A stretch of 64,000 nt of DNA from Squalus acanthias (taxonomy: Eukaryota): the NCBI GenBank assembly GCA_030390025.1, contig CM059432.1:4526001-4590000 (forward strand), written 5' to 3'. How positions within the stretch are numbered: position 1 is the first letter of the stretch; each line of letters opens with the position of its first letter. Positions 13,362 to 23,827 of this stretch are shown here, in pieces. The notes under the pieces are model-generated. The model ran no database searches. It was not told the origin of the DNA and saw only the letters and a program-made list of their open reading frames with translations. The translations under genes and the position numbers were made by a program.

Positions 13362-13795
13362 CAAGTAGATTGGGCTTATACTCTTTGGAGTTTAGAAGAA
13401 TGAGAGGTGATCTCATTGAGACATATGACATTCTGAAGGGGATTGACAGGGTAGATGCTGAGAGGTTGTTTCCCCTGGCTGGAGTGTCTAGAACTAGGGG
13501 GCATAGTCTCAGGATAAGGGGTCGGCCATTTAAGACTGAGATGAGGAGGAATTTCTTCACTCAGAGGGTTGTGAATCTTTGGAATTCTCTGTCCCAGAGG
13601 GCTGTGGATGCTGAGTCGTTGAGTATATTCAAGGCTGAGATAGATAGAGTTTTGGACTCTAGGGGAATCGAGGGATATGGAGATCGGGTAGGAGAGTGGA
13701 GTTGAGGTCGAATATCAGCCATGATCTTATTGAATGGTGGAGCAGGCTCGAGGGGCCATGTGGCCTAATTCTGCTCCTAATTCTTATGTTCGTAT
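13362..13795 (+). mobile_element. CR1 LINE 3' end; its tail is the Gypsy target site
   Basis: ORF 13370-13705 with CR1 C-terminal motifs; tail TTCTTATGTTCGTAT. Confidence 0.9.
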
Positions 13796-13850
13796 TGTTG
13801 TGGCTGCCGCGAAGCACGAATTGAGGCCGATTCAACATGTGAAACACATA
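13796..13850 (-). repeat. Gypsy 3' LTR, distal part
   Basis: Near-identical to 22006-22060. Confidence 0.93.
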
Positions 13851-14210
13851 GGGGGAAAAATTAGGTCGCGCCCCGTTTGGGGCGCAAATATCGTCTGGAC
13901 GCAAATATTAGCGCCTGGCGCTAATTATCGCCACTGACTGGAAACTTCACTTTTACCGCCCCGGGAGGTGAGTGGAGCGCTAAATCAGGCGCTGCACACC
14001 TGTCTTAAGGCGCAAAGGCCAAGCAGTGAGGCGCTAACTCAGCGCGCGAGCGCAGCGCAGGTGCTGCCAGTTAGCGAGGGAACACAGACACACTGGCGCC
14101 AGCCAGTTCTTAAAGTGGGGGGGGGCCAACTTGCTCCCCAGCCACACCCTGCTCATTGCAGCCTTGAATCTCGGCCTGGAGAGACCTGTGAATCCATTTT
14201 GCTGCCAAGG

Positions 14211-16026
14211 ATGGAGAGGGTGAGAGAACGAGCTCATCGCTTCACCGAGCGGGCCTTGGATGCTCTGGTTGGCGCGGTGGAGCGCAGAAGATCTATACTC
14301 TTCCCTGAGAGTGGCAGGAGGCCTTTGCCACGCGAGTACAGAAGAGTGTGGAGGGAGGTGGCTCAGAGCGTCTCCTCCAGGAGCATGGTGCCCAGGACCC
14401 ATGTTCAATGCCGCAAAAAGTTCAACGACCTCACTCGGGTCGTCAGGGTGAGTGGCTTTTTCTCAATACCTCTCCATCCCTCCATCTCAACCTCACTCTA
14501 TGGCCAGAGGGTCTTAAAACCCCAATGCACAACACTCATCCAACACCTATGGCCCTTTCATCAAACACACACACACATTCCACACTTTGCATACAGTAAG
14601 GGCTATTCACCTATGGGAGGCACATCAGGCAAGACCATGGCTGCATACAGTAAGGGCTATTCACCTATGGGAGGCACATCAGGCAAGACCATGGCTGTAT
14701 ATTTACTCAGATGCTGTCCTTTTTCTTACAGGCCAAGCTGGCGCATAATCGGAGACAGCAGCAACGGACAGGTGGAGGGCGGCCTCAGCTGCAACCCCTC
14801 AGCGATCTTGAGGAGCGCGTCCACAGGATTGTGGCAAGCCGGGTGATCGGTCCCGTCGCCACTGGAGACGCCGACCCCGTTCTGGACAGCAATGGTAAGG
14901 TCATCACCTTTTTGTCCTCTGTCCTTCCACTTGTCCCTCACAACACCAGCCTTTGACACTTTCAAACTTGCTAACTCGCTGCACTTATTCCTCCCTTACT
15001 GCCACCCTGTCCTCACGCTAAAGCCACTCTTGTACCTCCCTGCTTTCAGATGGTGATTCACCAGCTGAGGAGACAGGCCCTGAAGCTGCCACTGGGAGTG
15101 AAGCTGCAGCCGAGGAGGAAGAGGAAGCCGGAGCATCAGTGCCACCCTCTCCCAAGGAAGCCCATGCCCACACTGGGAACACGCCTTCCCTGGAGGGGAG
15201 CAGGGGGGAAGGGTCTGATGAGGGTGAAGCTCCAGGACCCAGCGGGCTGCAGCAACGCCATGGGGGTAGGGAAGAACGGGGGCCTTCTCCCCAGAGGGAG
15301 AGTATGCCAGAGACTCCTACTGCAATGGACGCAGAGGAGGAGCGGCTGATCGCAGAAATGAACACCCAGGCGGTGGGCATGCACACTGAGCTCATGGGTG
15401 CAGTGGGAAGGGTGCCCGAATGCATTGAGTCACTGGCAAGGAGTGTGGAGCACTTCGCTGTAGCACAGGCGGATGCCACACCAACGCTTAGTGCTGCAAT
15501 TCAGTCGCTGACTGCCGTGATCCCATCTCTGACTGCTCTCATGCAGACTCAGATTGAGGCCACGCGAGCACAGACTGCTGCCAATCTCGATGGTTCGTTC
15601 ACATGTCCCCGGGGCTCTTACCGCGCTGCAGCAGGCCAGCAATCTGTGCTCCAGCAGATTGCTCCGGATGCTGAAGTGCTGCCCCGTGGGAGTGCCAGTG
15701 TGTCGGGCGAGCAGGGAGTTGCTGTCCTCTCTCACGATGACAGCATTCCTGCTGCCAACACTGTCACTTCTCCACTGCACTTGCCACCGCCTGTAGGACA
15801 GACTGCTGCCGCCCATGCAGAGTTGGTGCAGTCTGCAGCCGGGCCCTACAGGCCCAGAACTGGTCGAGGCCGTCCTTCAGGGGCATCTGCAGTGTCAGGG
15901 TCTGACGATCAGCAGCCTTCCACCAGCCTTGCTGCAGCCACTGAGGTCCCATTACGGAGGAGCAGTAGGGTTAGAAGGGGGGAAGTGCGCAAGGGAAGGA
16001 GATCACCCTCGAAGGGCAAAAAGTAG
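14211..16026 (+). CDS. Harbinger Myb/SANT-like DNA-binding protein, 3 exons (14211-14447, 14732-14894, 15050-16026), 458 aa
   Basis: RAHRFTERALDALVGAVERRRSILF..W.EVA..V..RTHVQCRKKFNDL domain; GTGAGT and GTAAGG donors; TTACAG and TTTCAG acceptors; phases 0 and 1 join into one open frame; exon 2 has RTGGG; acidic middle and basic C-terminus. Confidence 0.85.
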
Positions 16027-16338
16027 GAGGTGTGACAAAATGCTGGTCATTTTTTTATTAAAGGCCGAGGTTCGTGGTCCAACTTTTGTTTAGTGTTTTG
16101 GACATTATCTCCAGGTTGTGAGAACCAGTTATGTTATTGACTGTTTTTTTGTGTTTATTTCTATGAGTTTGTCATGAGGAAATGACACACACAGAGTTTG
16201 TAAAATAAATAAGTTTCTGTATTCAAAATATACATGTTTGGTGTTTGGAATTATTGGTGCCTTGGCCAGCTTAGGGGTTGCGTGCTGGGTTTATTGATGT
16301 TGTTAGCAATGGCAGAAGCCATTTCCACAGCAGGGGCC

Positions 16339-17485
16339 CTAGAAGCGGCTTGCTATCAGCCGTTGACGGACGGCCCTTGCAGTTTCACCATTGTGGGCCG
16401 CCCTCCCGCCTTGGTGCTGCTGATGATCATCCTCCTCGTCCTCTTCCTCCTCTTCCTCCTCCTCCTCTGGTGGTGCTCCAAGGCCTGGTGGCATTGGCTG
16501 GGTCCTGACGATTGCCATGTTATGCAACATGCAGCACACAACTACGAAGTTGGATACTCGCTCAGGCGAGTACTGCAGGGCTCCTCCAGAATGGTCGAGA
16601 CAGCGGAACCGTTGCTTCAGCACTCCGATTGTGCGCTCAATTATGTTCCTGGTAGCTTGATGGCTCTCATTGTACCGCAGCTCAGCAGGGGTGTTGGGCG
16701 TACGGAGCGGTGTCATCAGCCAGGTGCTCAATGGATACCCCTTGTCCCTGAGAAGCCAACCAACTGGCTGATGCGGTGCCTCGAAAAGTTCTGCCACAGT
16801 AGTCTGGCGCAGGATAAAAGCATCGTGGCAGCTGCCAGGATAGTGGGCATTGACAGCGAGTATCAGCTGTCTGTGGTCACAGACCAACTGAACATTCAAG
16901 GAATGGAACCCCTTTCTCGGCATTCTCATGCGGAGCATGCAAAGCCACATGCGTGCAGTCAATGGCGCCCTGCACCATGGGGAAGCCCGCTATCCTCGCA
17001 AAGCCCAGAGCGCGGTCACGCTGCTTGTCTGGGGTCATGGGGAAAGAGATGAACACTCGTCTCCTTTTAAAGAGGGCATTTGTGACCTGCCGGATGCAGC
17101 AATGCACCGCGAACTGGGAGATATTGGCGAGGTCCCCAGCAGCAGCTTGAAATGAGCCAGTAGCATAGAAGTTGAGAGCCACTGTGACCTTCACTGCCAC
17201 CGACAGAGACGTCCTGGACCTCAGTTGAGGCTGCAGATCTGGCTGCAGCAGGTGGCAGAGCTCAGTGACCACCTCCTTGCTGAATCGCAGCCTTCGCAAA
17301 CACAGCTCCTCAGACATATGAATGTAGGAGAGCTGTTCACGATATACCCTGGGAGGGTAAGCTCTCCTGTACATACGCCTGTTGGCCCTCCTCCGTCTGG
17401 CCATCATTGCCACTCTCTCTCTGCGTCTCTGTGTCCTCCGATTCAGCTGGAGCAGGACGACACCCCCAATCAATGCAGCCCCCAT
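16339..17485 (-). pseudogene. Harbinger DDE transposase (HARBI1-like) with one frameshift near 16915
   Basis: [59 protein letters not shown]. Split over ORFs 16877-17554 and 16339-16962. AATAAA on the minus strand at 16290-16295. Confidence 0.92.
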
Positions 17486-17997
17486 AGTCTCTTTGCAAGC
17501 AAAGTAATGAAGGACAGCAACCAAAGTACCAGCGAAGTTAGGATCAGTAGGCAAAACTACCTCACAAAGCGTTGACTCAATGCAGAAGTCTCTCTCTCTC
17601 TCCGAATCTCTCTCTCTCTCTCAGAACGAGTGGTGCAAAAATGTCAACCACAGAAAAAGACAGGAAGAGGCCCCCTTTAAATAGCGCCCCCCCCCCAGCC
17701 CCACAGCGATTGATAGCGTTCCAGTCTTCCGGTCGTTGGATGCGCCAGGCGGTAAGGCAGGGGGCGCCACTCAATTTCCGCTCCGGGGCGCCACAAGGGC
17801 GTTGCACCATGGAATGACGTCACAATCTGCGCGCGCAGGTGGTCGCGGCGGTAAGGTTTAGCGCCGCCGCACAATGTCTAGTTAAGTTCCCGAGCGGCAC
17901 AAACATCGCTGCGCCCGGGCGCTAGCGGCTTTGCGCCCCATTAGCGCCCTCTTAAGGCGCTAACGGGAGGCGAAACCAACTGAATTTTTACCCCATA

Positions 17998-18176
17998 GCT
18001 TTTAATCACATCTCTGGTCAAAATGGCTGCAGCCACATTTCTCTGCAAAAACCCAGAGGCCACACCCACTCCTTTTTTCCTGCCTTAAAGGCAAGGTGCC
18101 TTAAAGCCAAGGTGCCCGATTTATTGTCCACGGACGGAAAAGTGGATTGTGCCCGTTTAGGTGGCGATCCGCCACA
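17998..18176 (-). repeat. Gypsy 3' LTR, proximal part
   Basis: Near-identical to 22061-22239. Confidence 0.93.
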
Positions 18177-18190
18177 CAGCTCCCCCCAGA
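18177..18190 (-). promoter_or_regulatory. Polypurine tract
   Basis: Minus strand reads TCTGGGGGGAGCTG immediately before the 3' LTR. Confidence 0.75.
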
Positions 18191-18196
18191 ATCCGC

Positions 18197-21100
18197 TTAG
18201 GAGGTGTGGACGAGATGGTGCGGCGGTCTGATGGGCCGGCTGGAGCGGCTCTTGTAGGACGCCGGTGGACGTGGAACGGCCGGGCGTGGAGTTGCCGGGT
18301 GAACTGGCTTGAGGGCAGGTCGGCCGCGTGGCGGTGGACGAGCTACCGGGACCTGCTCACCGGGCTCCGATTGTGCTGGCTTGAGTCGGTCAACCGACAC
18401 TTTTTCGGTCCTGTCACCCACTTGGAGGGTGAAAAATTTGTCCCCAGCCTGTAGCACCTTGTAGGGCCCGTCGTACCGGGGTTGAAGGGGTCCGCGGTGG
18501 GCGTCGTGCCGGACAAAAACGAAACGTGCCTGGTGCAGGCTTAGTGGGACGTGTGAGGTGGATTCGCCGTGTCGGGCAATGGGCACCGGGGCGAACTGTA
18601 GCGCCGGTGACGTGAAGTCGTGGCGTTGCTGGTCGGCTGACCAGGGTGTCGTGGCAGTGGGCAGGAACTCGCTGGGTACGCGCAGCGGCTGACCGTACAC
18701 GAGCTCTGCTGCCGATGCGTGGAGGTTTTCTTTAACCGCGGTACGCAGGCCGAGGAGGACCCACGGGAGTCGGTCGGTCTAGGCGCCATCCTGGAGGCTG
18801 GCTCGAAGAGATGCCTTCAAGGATCTGTGGAACCGCTCACACAGTCCATTGGCTTGGGGGTGGTACGCTGTGGTGCGGTGAATGGTCACCCCGAGATTGC
18901 GTGCGACGGCGGTCCAGAGTTCAAAGGTAAATTGCGGACCTCTGTCCGACGTCATGTCGGAGGGGACGCCGAACCGTGCGACCCAGGTGCTGACGAAGGC
19001 TCTGGCGATGTCGGCGGTGGTGGTAGAGGTCAGTGGAATTGCCTCGGGCCAGCGCGTAGTGCGGTCAACGATCGTCAGCAAGTGCGTGTGGCCTTGCGAC
19101 GGCGGCAGGGGCCCGACGATGTCCACGTGGATGTGGTCGAATCTACGCGAAGGGACGGTAAACTCCTCGAGGGGTGCTTTCGTGTGTTGCTGCACCTTGG
19201 CCCGCTGGCAGGCTAGGCAGGAGTTGGCCCAAGTACGCACGTCCTTGCGAAGGCCGCGCCAGACAAAGCAGTTGGCTACCAATTTGATGGATGCGCGGGC
19301 GCCGGGGTGGGAGAGGTTGTGAAGAATCTCGAATACCCGGCGGCGCCAGGACGCTGGGACGACAGGCCGAGGTTGATATAGGGATATGTCGCACTTGACC
19401 GTGACTGCGGTCGGGCCCCAGGCGACGTCGGCCAGGCGTAGCCCTGGTAGGTTGGTAGGTGCGGAGAGCAGATCAGGGTCGGTGATCTGGTCTGCTGCGA
19501 GTTGAGCGTAGTCGACTGCCAGGTGTGCGGCGTGGATGGCGGGGCGGGAGAGGCAGTCGGCTACCACATTGTCTCGGCCAGAGACGTGTTGGATGTCCGT
19601 GGTGAACTCGGACACTGCCGTGAGCTGGCGCTGCTGCCTGGCGGACCAGGGGTCGGTTGTCTTTGCCATTGCGAATGTCAGGGGTTTGTGGTCGACAAAC
19701 GCAGTGAAGGGGTGGCCCTCCAGCAAAAAACGAAAATGGCGGACCGTCAGGAACAGCGCGAGGAGCTCGCGGTCGAAGGTGCTGTACTTGACCTCCGGGG
19801 GGGCGTAGTTGGCGGCTGAAGAAGGCAAGTGGTTGCCAGGCGCCGTCGACCCACTGCTCATACACGGCGCCGACCGCGTGGTCGGAGGCGTCCGTGGTGA
19901 GCGCTACCCTGGCATTGGGCCGTGGGTGCGCGAGCAGGGTGGCGTTGGCGAGCGCGGTCTTGGTGGAGTCGAAGGCGGCTGACGCGTCTGCCGTCCATTT
20001 GACCGCCATCTTGCCGCTCCTGCCCCGGAGGGCTTCATACAGGGGCCTCATGAGGGACGCCGCTTTGGGGATGGGTTGTAGAAATTCACCATCCCAAGGA
20101 ACTCCTGGAGGCCTTTGATGGTGGTGGGGCGGGGAAATTGTTGGACGGCCTGCACCTTGGTGGGCAGGGGAATGGCCCCAGCATGGGTGATGTGGTGGCC
20201 GAGGAAGTCGATCTTGTCCAGGCCGAACTGGCATTTGGCTGGGCTGAGGATGAGCCCGTGGTCGCTGAGGCGCCCGAACAGGATGCGAAGGGGTTCGAGG
20301 CGTTCCTGCTTGGAGGAACTGGCTACCAGGATGTCGTCCAGGTAGACAAACAGGAACTTCAGGTCCCGAAGGACCGAGTCCATGAGCCGTTGGAATGTCT
20401 GGGCCACGTTTTTAAGGCCGAAGGGCATCCGCAGGAACTCGAAAAGGCCGAAGGGGGTGATTACGGCCGTCTTGGGGACGTCCGCGGGGTGGACGGGGAC
20501 TTGGTGGTAGCCGCGCACCAGGTCGACCTTGGAAAAGACTGAGCGGCCGGCCAGCCTAGCCGAGAAGTCCTGGATGTGCGGCACGGGGTACCGATCAGGG
20601 GTGGTGGCGTCGTTGAGGCGGCGGTAATCCCCGCAGGGGCGCCAACCCCCGCCTGGTTTGGGGGCGATGTGGAGTGGGGAGGCCCAGGGACTGTTGGAGC
20701 GGCGGATGATGCCGAGCTGTTCCATGGTGGCAAACTCGGTCCGCGCGATCTCCAGTTTGGCCGGGTCCAGCCTGCGGGTGTGGGCGTACATTGGGGGGCC
20801 TGTGGTGGGGATGAAGTATTCCACCCCGTGTTTGGCGGCCTCCGCGGAGAAGGTCGGATTGGTAAGGGCCAGGAATTCGGCCAGGAGTGCCGAGTAGTCA
20901 TCCGTGGCCCGGGCGTGGCACTGTGACGCCATGTCGGCGGGATGACGGGGGGCCAGGGCGCCCAGGATGGGGGACATGGTGTTCATGTCCACGAGGCGGT
21001 GTCGAGGGATGTCTATCAGTAGGCCGTGGGCGCACAGGAAATCTGCGCCGATGAGAGGGGAGAGCACCTTGGCAGTGATGAACTCCCATCGGTAGCGGCG

Positions 21101-21965
21101 ACCAGCGAGGTCAAGGGTGACTGTGCGGGTGCCGTACGTCTGGATGTCCGAGCCGTTAGCAGCAGCCAGCGCCGGTCCTCGTTTGCCCTTTTGGATGTCG
21201 AGGGCGGAGGCCGGGATGATGCTGTGCTGAGCCCCAGTGTCGCACAGGAACCGGCGGCCAGTTTTGTCATCCGTGACGTACAGCAGGGAGCCCGCATGGC
21301 CCACGGCCATCGCAGGGGCTGGTACGGGGGCGGACTTGAAGAGCAGGGAGGTGTGCACCGTTGTGCCCTGGCGCCGAACCATGCGTGGTAGTAACAGTGG
21401 CCCGGGTTAGTGGGGCGCGAAGGCCCCGTGAGCCCGGTGGCTGAGCCTTGTGGCCGCGTGGTGGCTGGTGAGGGGCGCGCCCAGGCAGTGGCTGCCAGGT
21501 CCAGAGTGACGTCGCGGCTGGAGTGAGCGGACAGCAGCTTGTCGGCCTCATCGGCCAGGGCTTCCAGGTCCATGAGGCCGGACGCCACGATCGCTGGGCG
21601 GATGCTGAGAGGGAGCTGGCGGATGAACAGCGTGCGGAAGAGGGATCCGGGTGGGCTCTCGTCGGTGAGAGAGAGCATGTGGGAGAGGAGGCCTGACAGT
21701 TTCGCTGGTATGTCGAGGCCGTAAATTTTTTAAGGAGCGCGGCCTTAAGATGTGCATACTTGCCCCCCTCTGGTGGGTTCTGCAGCGCTGTCCAGACCTT
21801 CGTAACTGTGGAGCTACCGAGTGATGTGACGAGGTAGTCATACTTCGTCCCATCTGTGGTGATTTGTTGCAGCCGGAATCGGGACTCGGCTTGGAGAAAC
21901 CAGGCTTCGGGCTGGTTTTCCCAAAACTCCGGCAGTTTCACGGAAACTGCGTTCGTGTCCGCCAT
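18197..21965 (-). pseudogene. Gypsy gag-pol with several frameshifts
   Basis: Gag KLPEFW..PEAWF and CYYH..FG..A..C..PC; protease DTGA; RT SPWASP, PFGLKN, YLDD; RNase H TDAS; integrase HPG/CLAC, DIVGP, TSDRG, NGLCERFH and GPY motif. Confidence 0.95.
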
Positions 21966-21990
21966 TGCAGTGTTCGGAATATGTTCTGAG

Positions 21991-22004
21991 CGTTGGGGTT
22001 ACCA
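21991..22004 (-). promoter_or_regulatory. Primer-binding site, tRNA-Trp-like
   Basis: Minus strand TGGTAACCCCAACG, 1 nt after the 5' LTR, versus the tRNA-Trp complement TGGTGACCCCGACG (2 mismatches). Confidence 0.75.
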
Positions 22005-22005
22005 A

Positions 22006-22239
22006 TATTGTGGCTGCCGCGAAGCACGAATTGAGGCCGAGTCAACATGTGAAACACATAGCTTTTATTCACATCTCTGGTCAAAATGGCTGCAGCCACA
22101 TTCCTCTGCAAAAATCCAGAGGCCACGCCCACTCCTTTTTTCCTGCCTTAAAGGCAAGGTGCCTTAAAGGCAAGGTGCCCGATTTATTGTCCACGGACGG
22201 AAAAGTGGATTGCGCCCGTTTAGGTGGCGATCCGCCACA
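22006..22239 (-). repeat. Gypsy 5' LTR
   Basis: Minus strand starts TGTGGC, contains AATAAA and is followed by the PBS. Confidence 0.93.
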
Positions 22240-22484
22240 GTATAAAGTATTTGGGGTTTTTGCTGCATTTGTGTGAAGGCATGTCAATGTGTGTGTATGT
22301 GTGGTAATTAATGCTGACGCTATTAAATTCTGAGTTGTAGATTCAACAACTGTATCATTAGTCAGTTTGCAGCATGGCTTCATACATGAGCTGTCATGTC
22401 AGGAGTTTTCGGTTTGTTTCTTTGTTTAGTAATCTTGTTCTGACGAGTACTATTTCCTGATGACTTCTGGTCCTATTGTGATAA

Positions 22485-22875
22485 AAGAAAGGCTTGCATT
22501 TATGTATTACCTTTTATGACCTCCGGACGGACGAAGCGCTTTAAAGCCAATGAAGTACTTTTTGAAGTGTAGTCACTGTTGTAATGTGGGAAACGCGGCA
22601 ACCAATTTGCGCACAGCAAGGTCCCACAAACAGCAATGAGGCAATGACCAGATCATCTGTTTTTAGTGATGTTGATTGATCGATAAATATTGGCCCCAGG
22701 ACACCGGGGGATAACTCCCCCTGCTCTTCTTCGAAATAGTGACCATGGGATCTTTTACATCCGCCTGAGAGAGCAGACGGGGCCTCGGTTTAACGTCTCG
22801 TCCGAAAGACGGCACCTCCGACAGTGCTGCACTCCCTCAGCACTGTCAGCCTGGATTATGTGCTCAAGTCTCTGG
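22485..22875 (-). mobile_element. Deu-SINE
   Basis: Reverse complement of the 6100-6500 core and tail. Confidence 0.8.
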
Positions 22876-23010
22876 TTTAATTTGAAGTCGTATTCCAAAT
22901 CTACCTTTTCTATACCACCTGCGGTTATACAGGCCTCCAGAGGGTTACCTTTCAGTTGCTTCCTTTCAGAGCTGCGAAGCCCGAGTTTTTTTTCAGTCTT
23001 TACTCGCGAC

Positions 23011-23179
23011 CATTGTTCCCGGTCATTTTTTTTTTGGGGGGGTGCGCGGTCCCTTTAACTGGCTGCGCGGCCCGTTCAATCTTTGGCGCGTGCGCGGTCA
23101 TCACCATTGTAAAGTTGATGAGCGGCCTGCGCGGGACCACCAGACCGCTGCGCGGCCACGCAGCCTAACGGGAACATTG
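23011..23179. mobile_element. Small MITE, probably hAT
   Basis: TIR CATTGTTCCC / GGGAACATTG; imperfect 8-bp TSD CTCGCGAC / CTCGTCAC; internal TGCGCGG repeats. Confidence 0.6.
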
Positions 23180-23827
23180 CTCGTCACTCAATCCTCTGAT
23201 CCCTTGTCTCTGAACGGTTTGAACACCTCCTCTAATGTCCTTGTGACCGAGCATTTGTCAATGCGTCGAATATTTTTTCCCACGGAGCTTAGGGTGTCAA
23301 TTCCCAGTCTGAGGCCTCAGCAGTTCCACAGAAAGTGAAACGGTTTGTTCGGATAACAACAACCAAATGTTTCTTAAGTGGTTCGCGCCATTTCCAAACT
23401 AACCTATTCCAAATGATCGCTCCTTTCATGAAGAAAGACATCCTCATATCAATCCTAAATTTACCAAATGCTCGTTTGAATTTGTCCCCTTGTCCTACTC
23501 TTGTCATTTATTTTGAAGTCATTTTCTAGATTTGCTATCATATCTATTTTAAGGCCATTGGGAAAAGAACCAGAGGGGCAGACGAGGAGAAATTCCTTTT
23601 ACGCAGCGAGTTGTTGTGATCTGGAACGCGCTGCCTGAAAGGGCGGTGGAAGCAGATTCAATAGTGACTTTCAAAAGGGGAATTGGATAAATACTAGAAA
23701 AGGACATTTTTGCAGGGCTGTGGGGAAAGAGCAGGGGGGAGTGGGACTAATTGGAGAGCTCTTTCAAAGGGCCAGCACAGATACGATGGACCGAATGGCC
23801 TCCTTCTGTGCTGTATGATTCTATGAT

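Larger units (their letters stand above)
13851..17994. mobile_element. PIF/Harbinger DNA transposon, two-gene architecture, 4144 bp
   Basis: TIR GGGGGAAAAATT versus reverse complement GGGGTAAAAATT; 3-bp TSD ATA (13848-13850 and 17995-17997); convergent Myb/SANT and DDE transposase genes. Confidence 0.93.
13796..22239 (-). mobile_element. Full-length Ty3/Gypsy LTR retrotransposon with 234-bp LTRs
   Basis: LTRs at 22006-22239 and 13796-13850 plus 17998-18176; 4-bp TSD GTAT (13792-13795 and 22240-22243); PBS, PPT; gag-PR-RT-RH-IN order. Confidence 0.95.

Noticed and set aside
13968..14846. 292-aa single-exon Myb ORF
   Set aside because: It reads through intron 1; the spliced model fits the domain and splice signals better.
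16905..16925. Programmed ribosomal frameshift in the transposase
   Set aside because: Conserved residues are missing at the junction and there is no canonical slippery heptamer; a deletion is simpler.
16234..17052. 272-aa ORF with a hydrophobic, TM-like stretch
   Set aside because: Antisense to the transposase; the Leu run mirrors its poly-Glu codons.
16339..17485. Host HARBI1 gene, with NAIF1/MSANTD for the partner
   Set aside because: Enclosed by TIRs and a TSD inside an LTR, and frameshifted; a transposon copy, so no gene symbol assigned.
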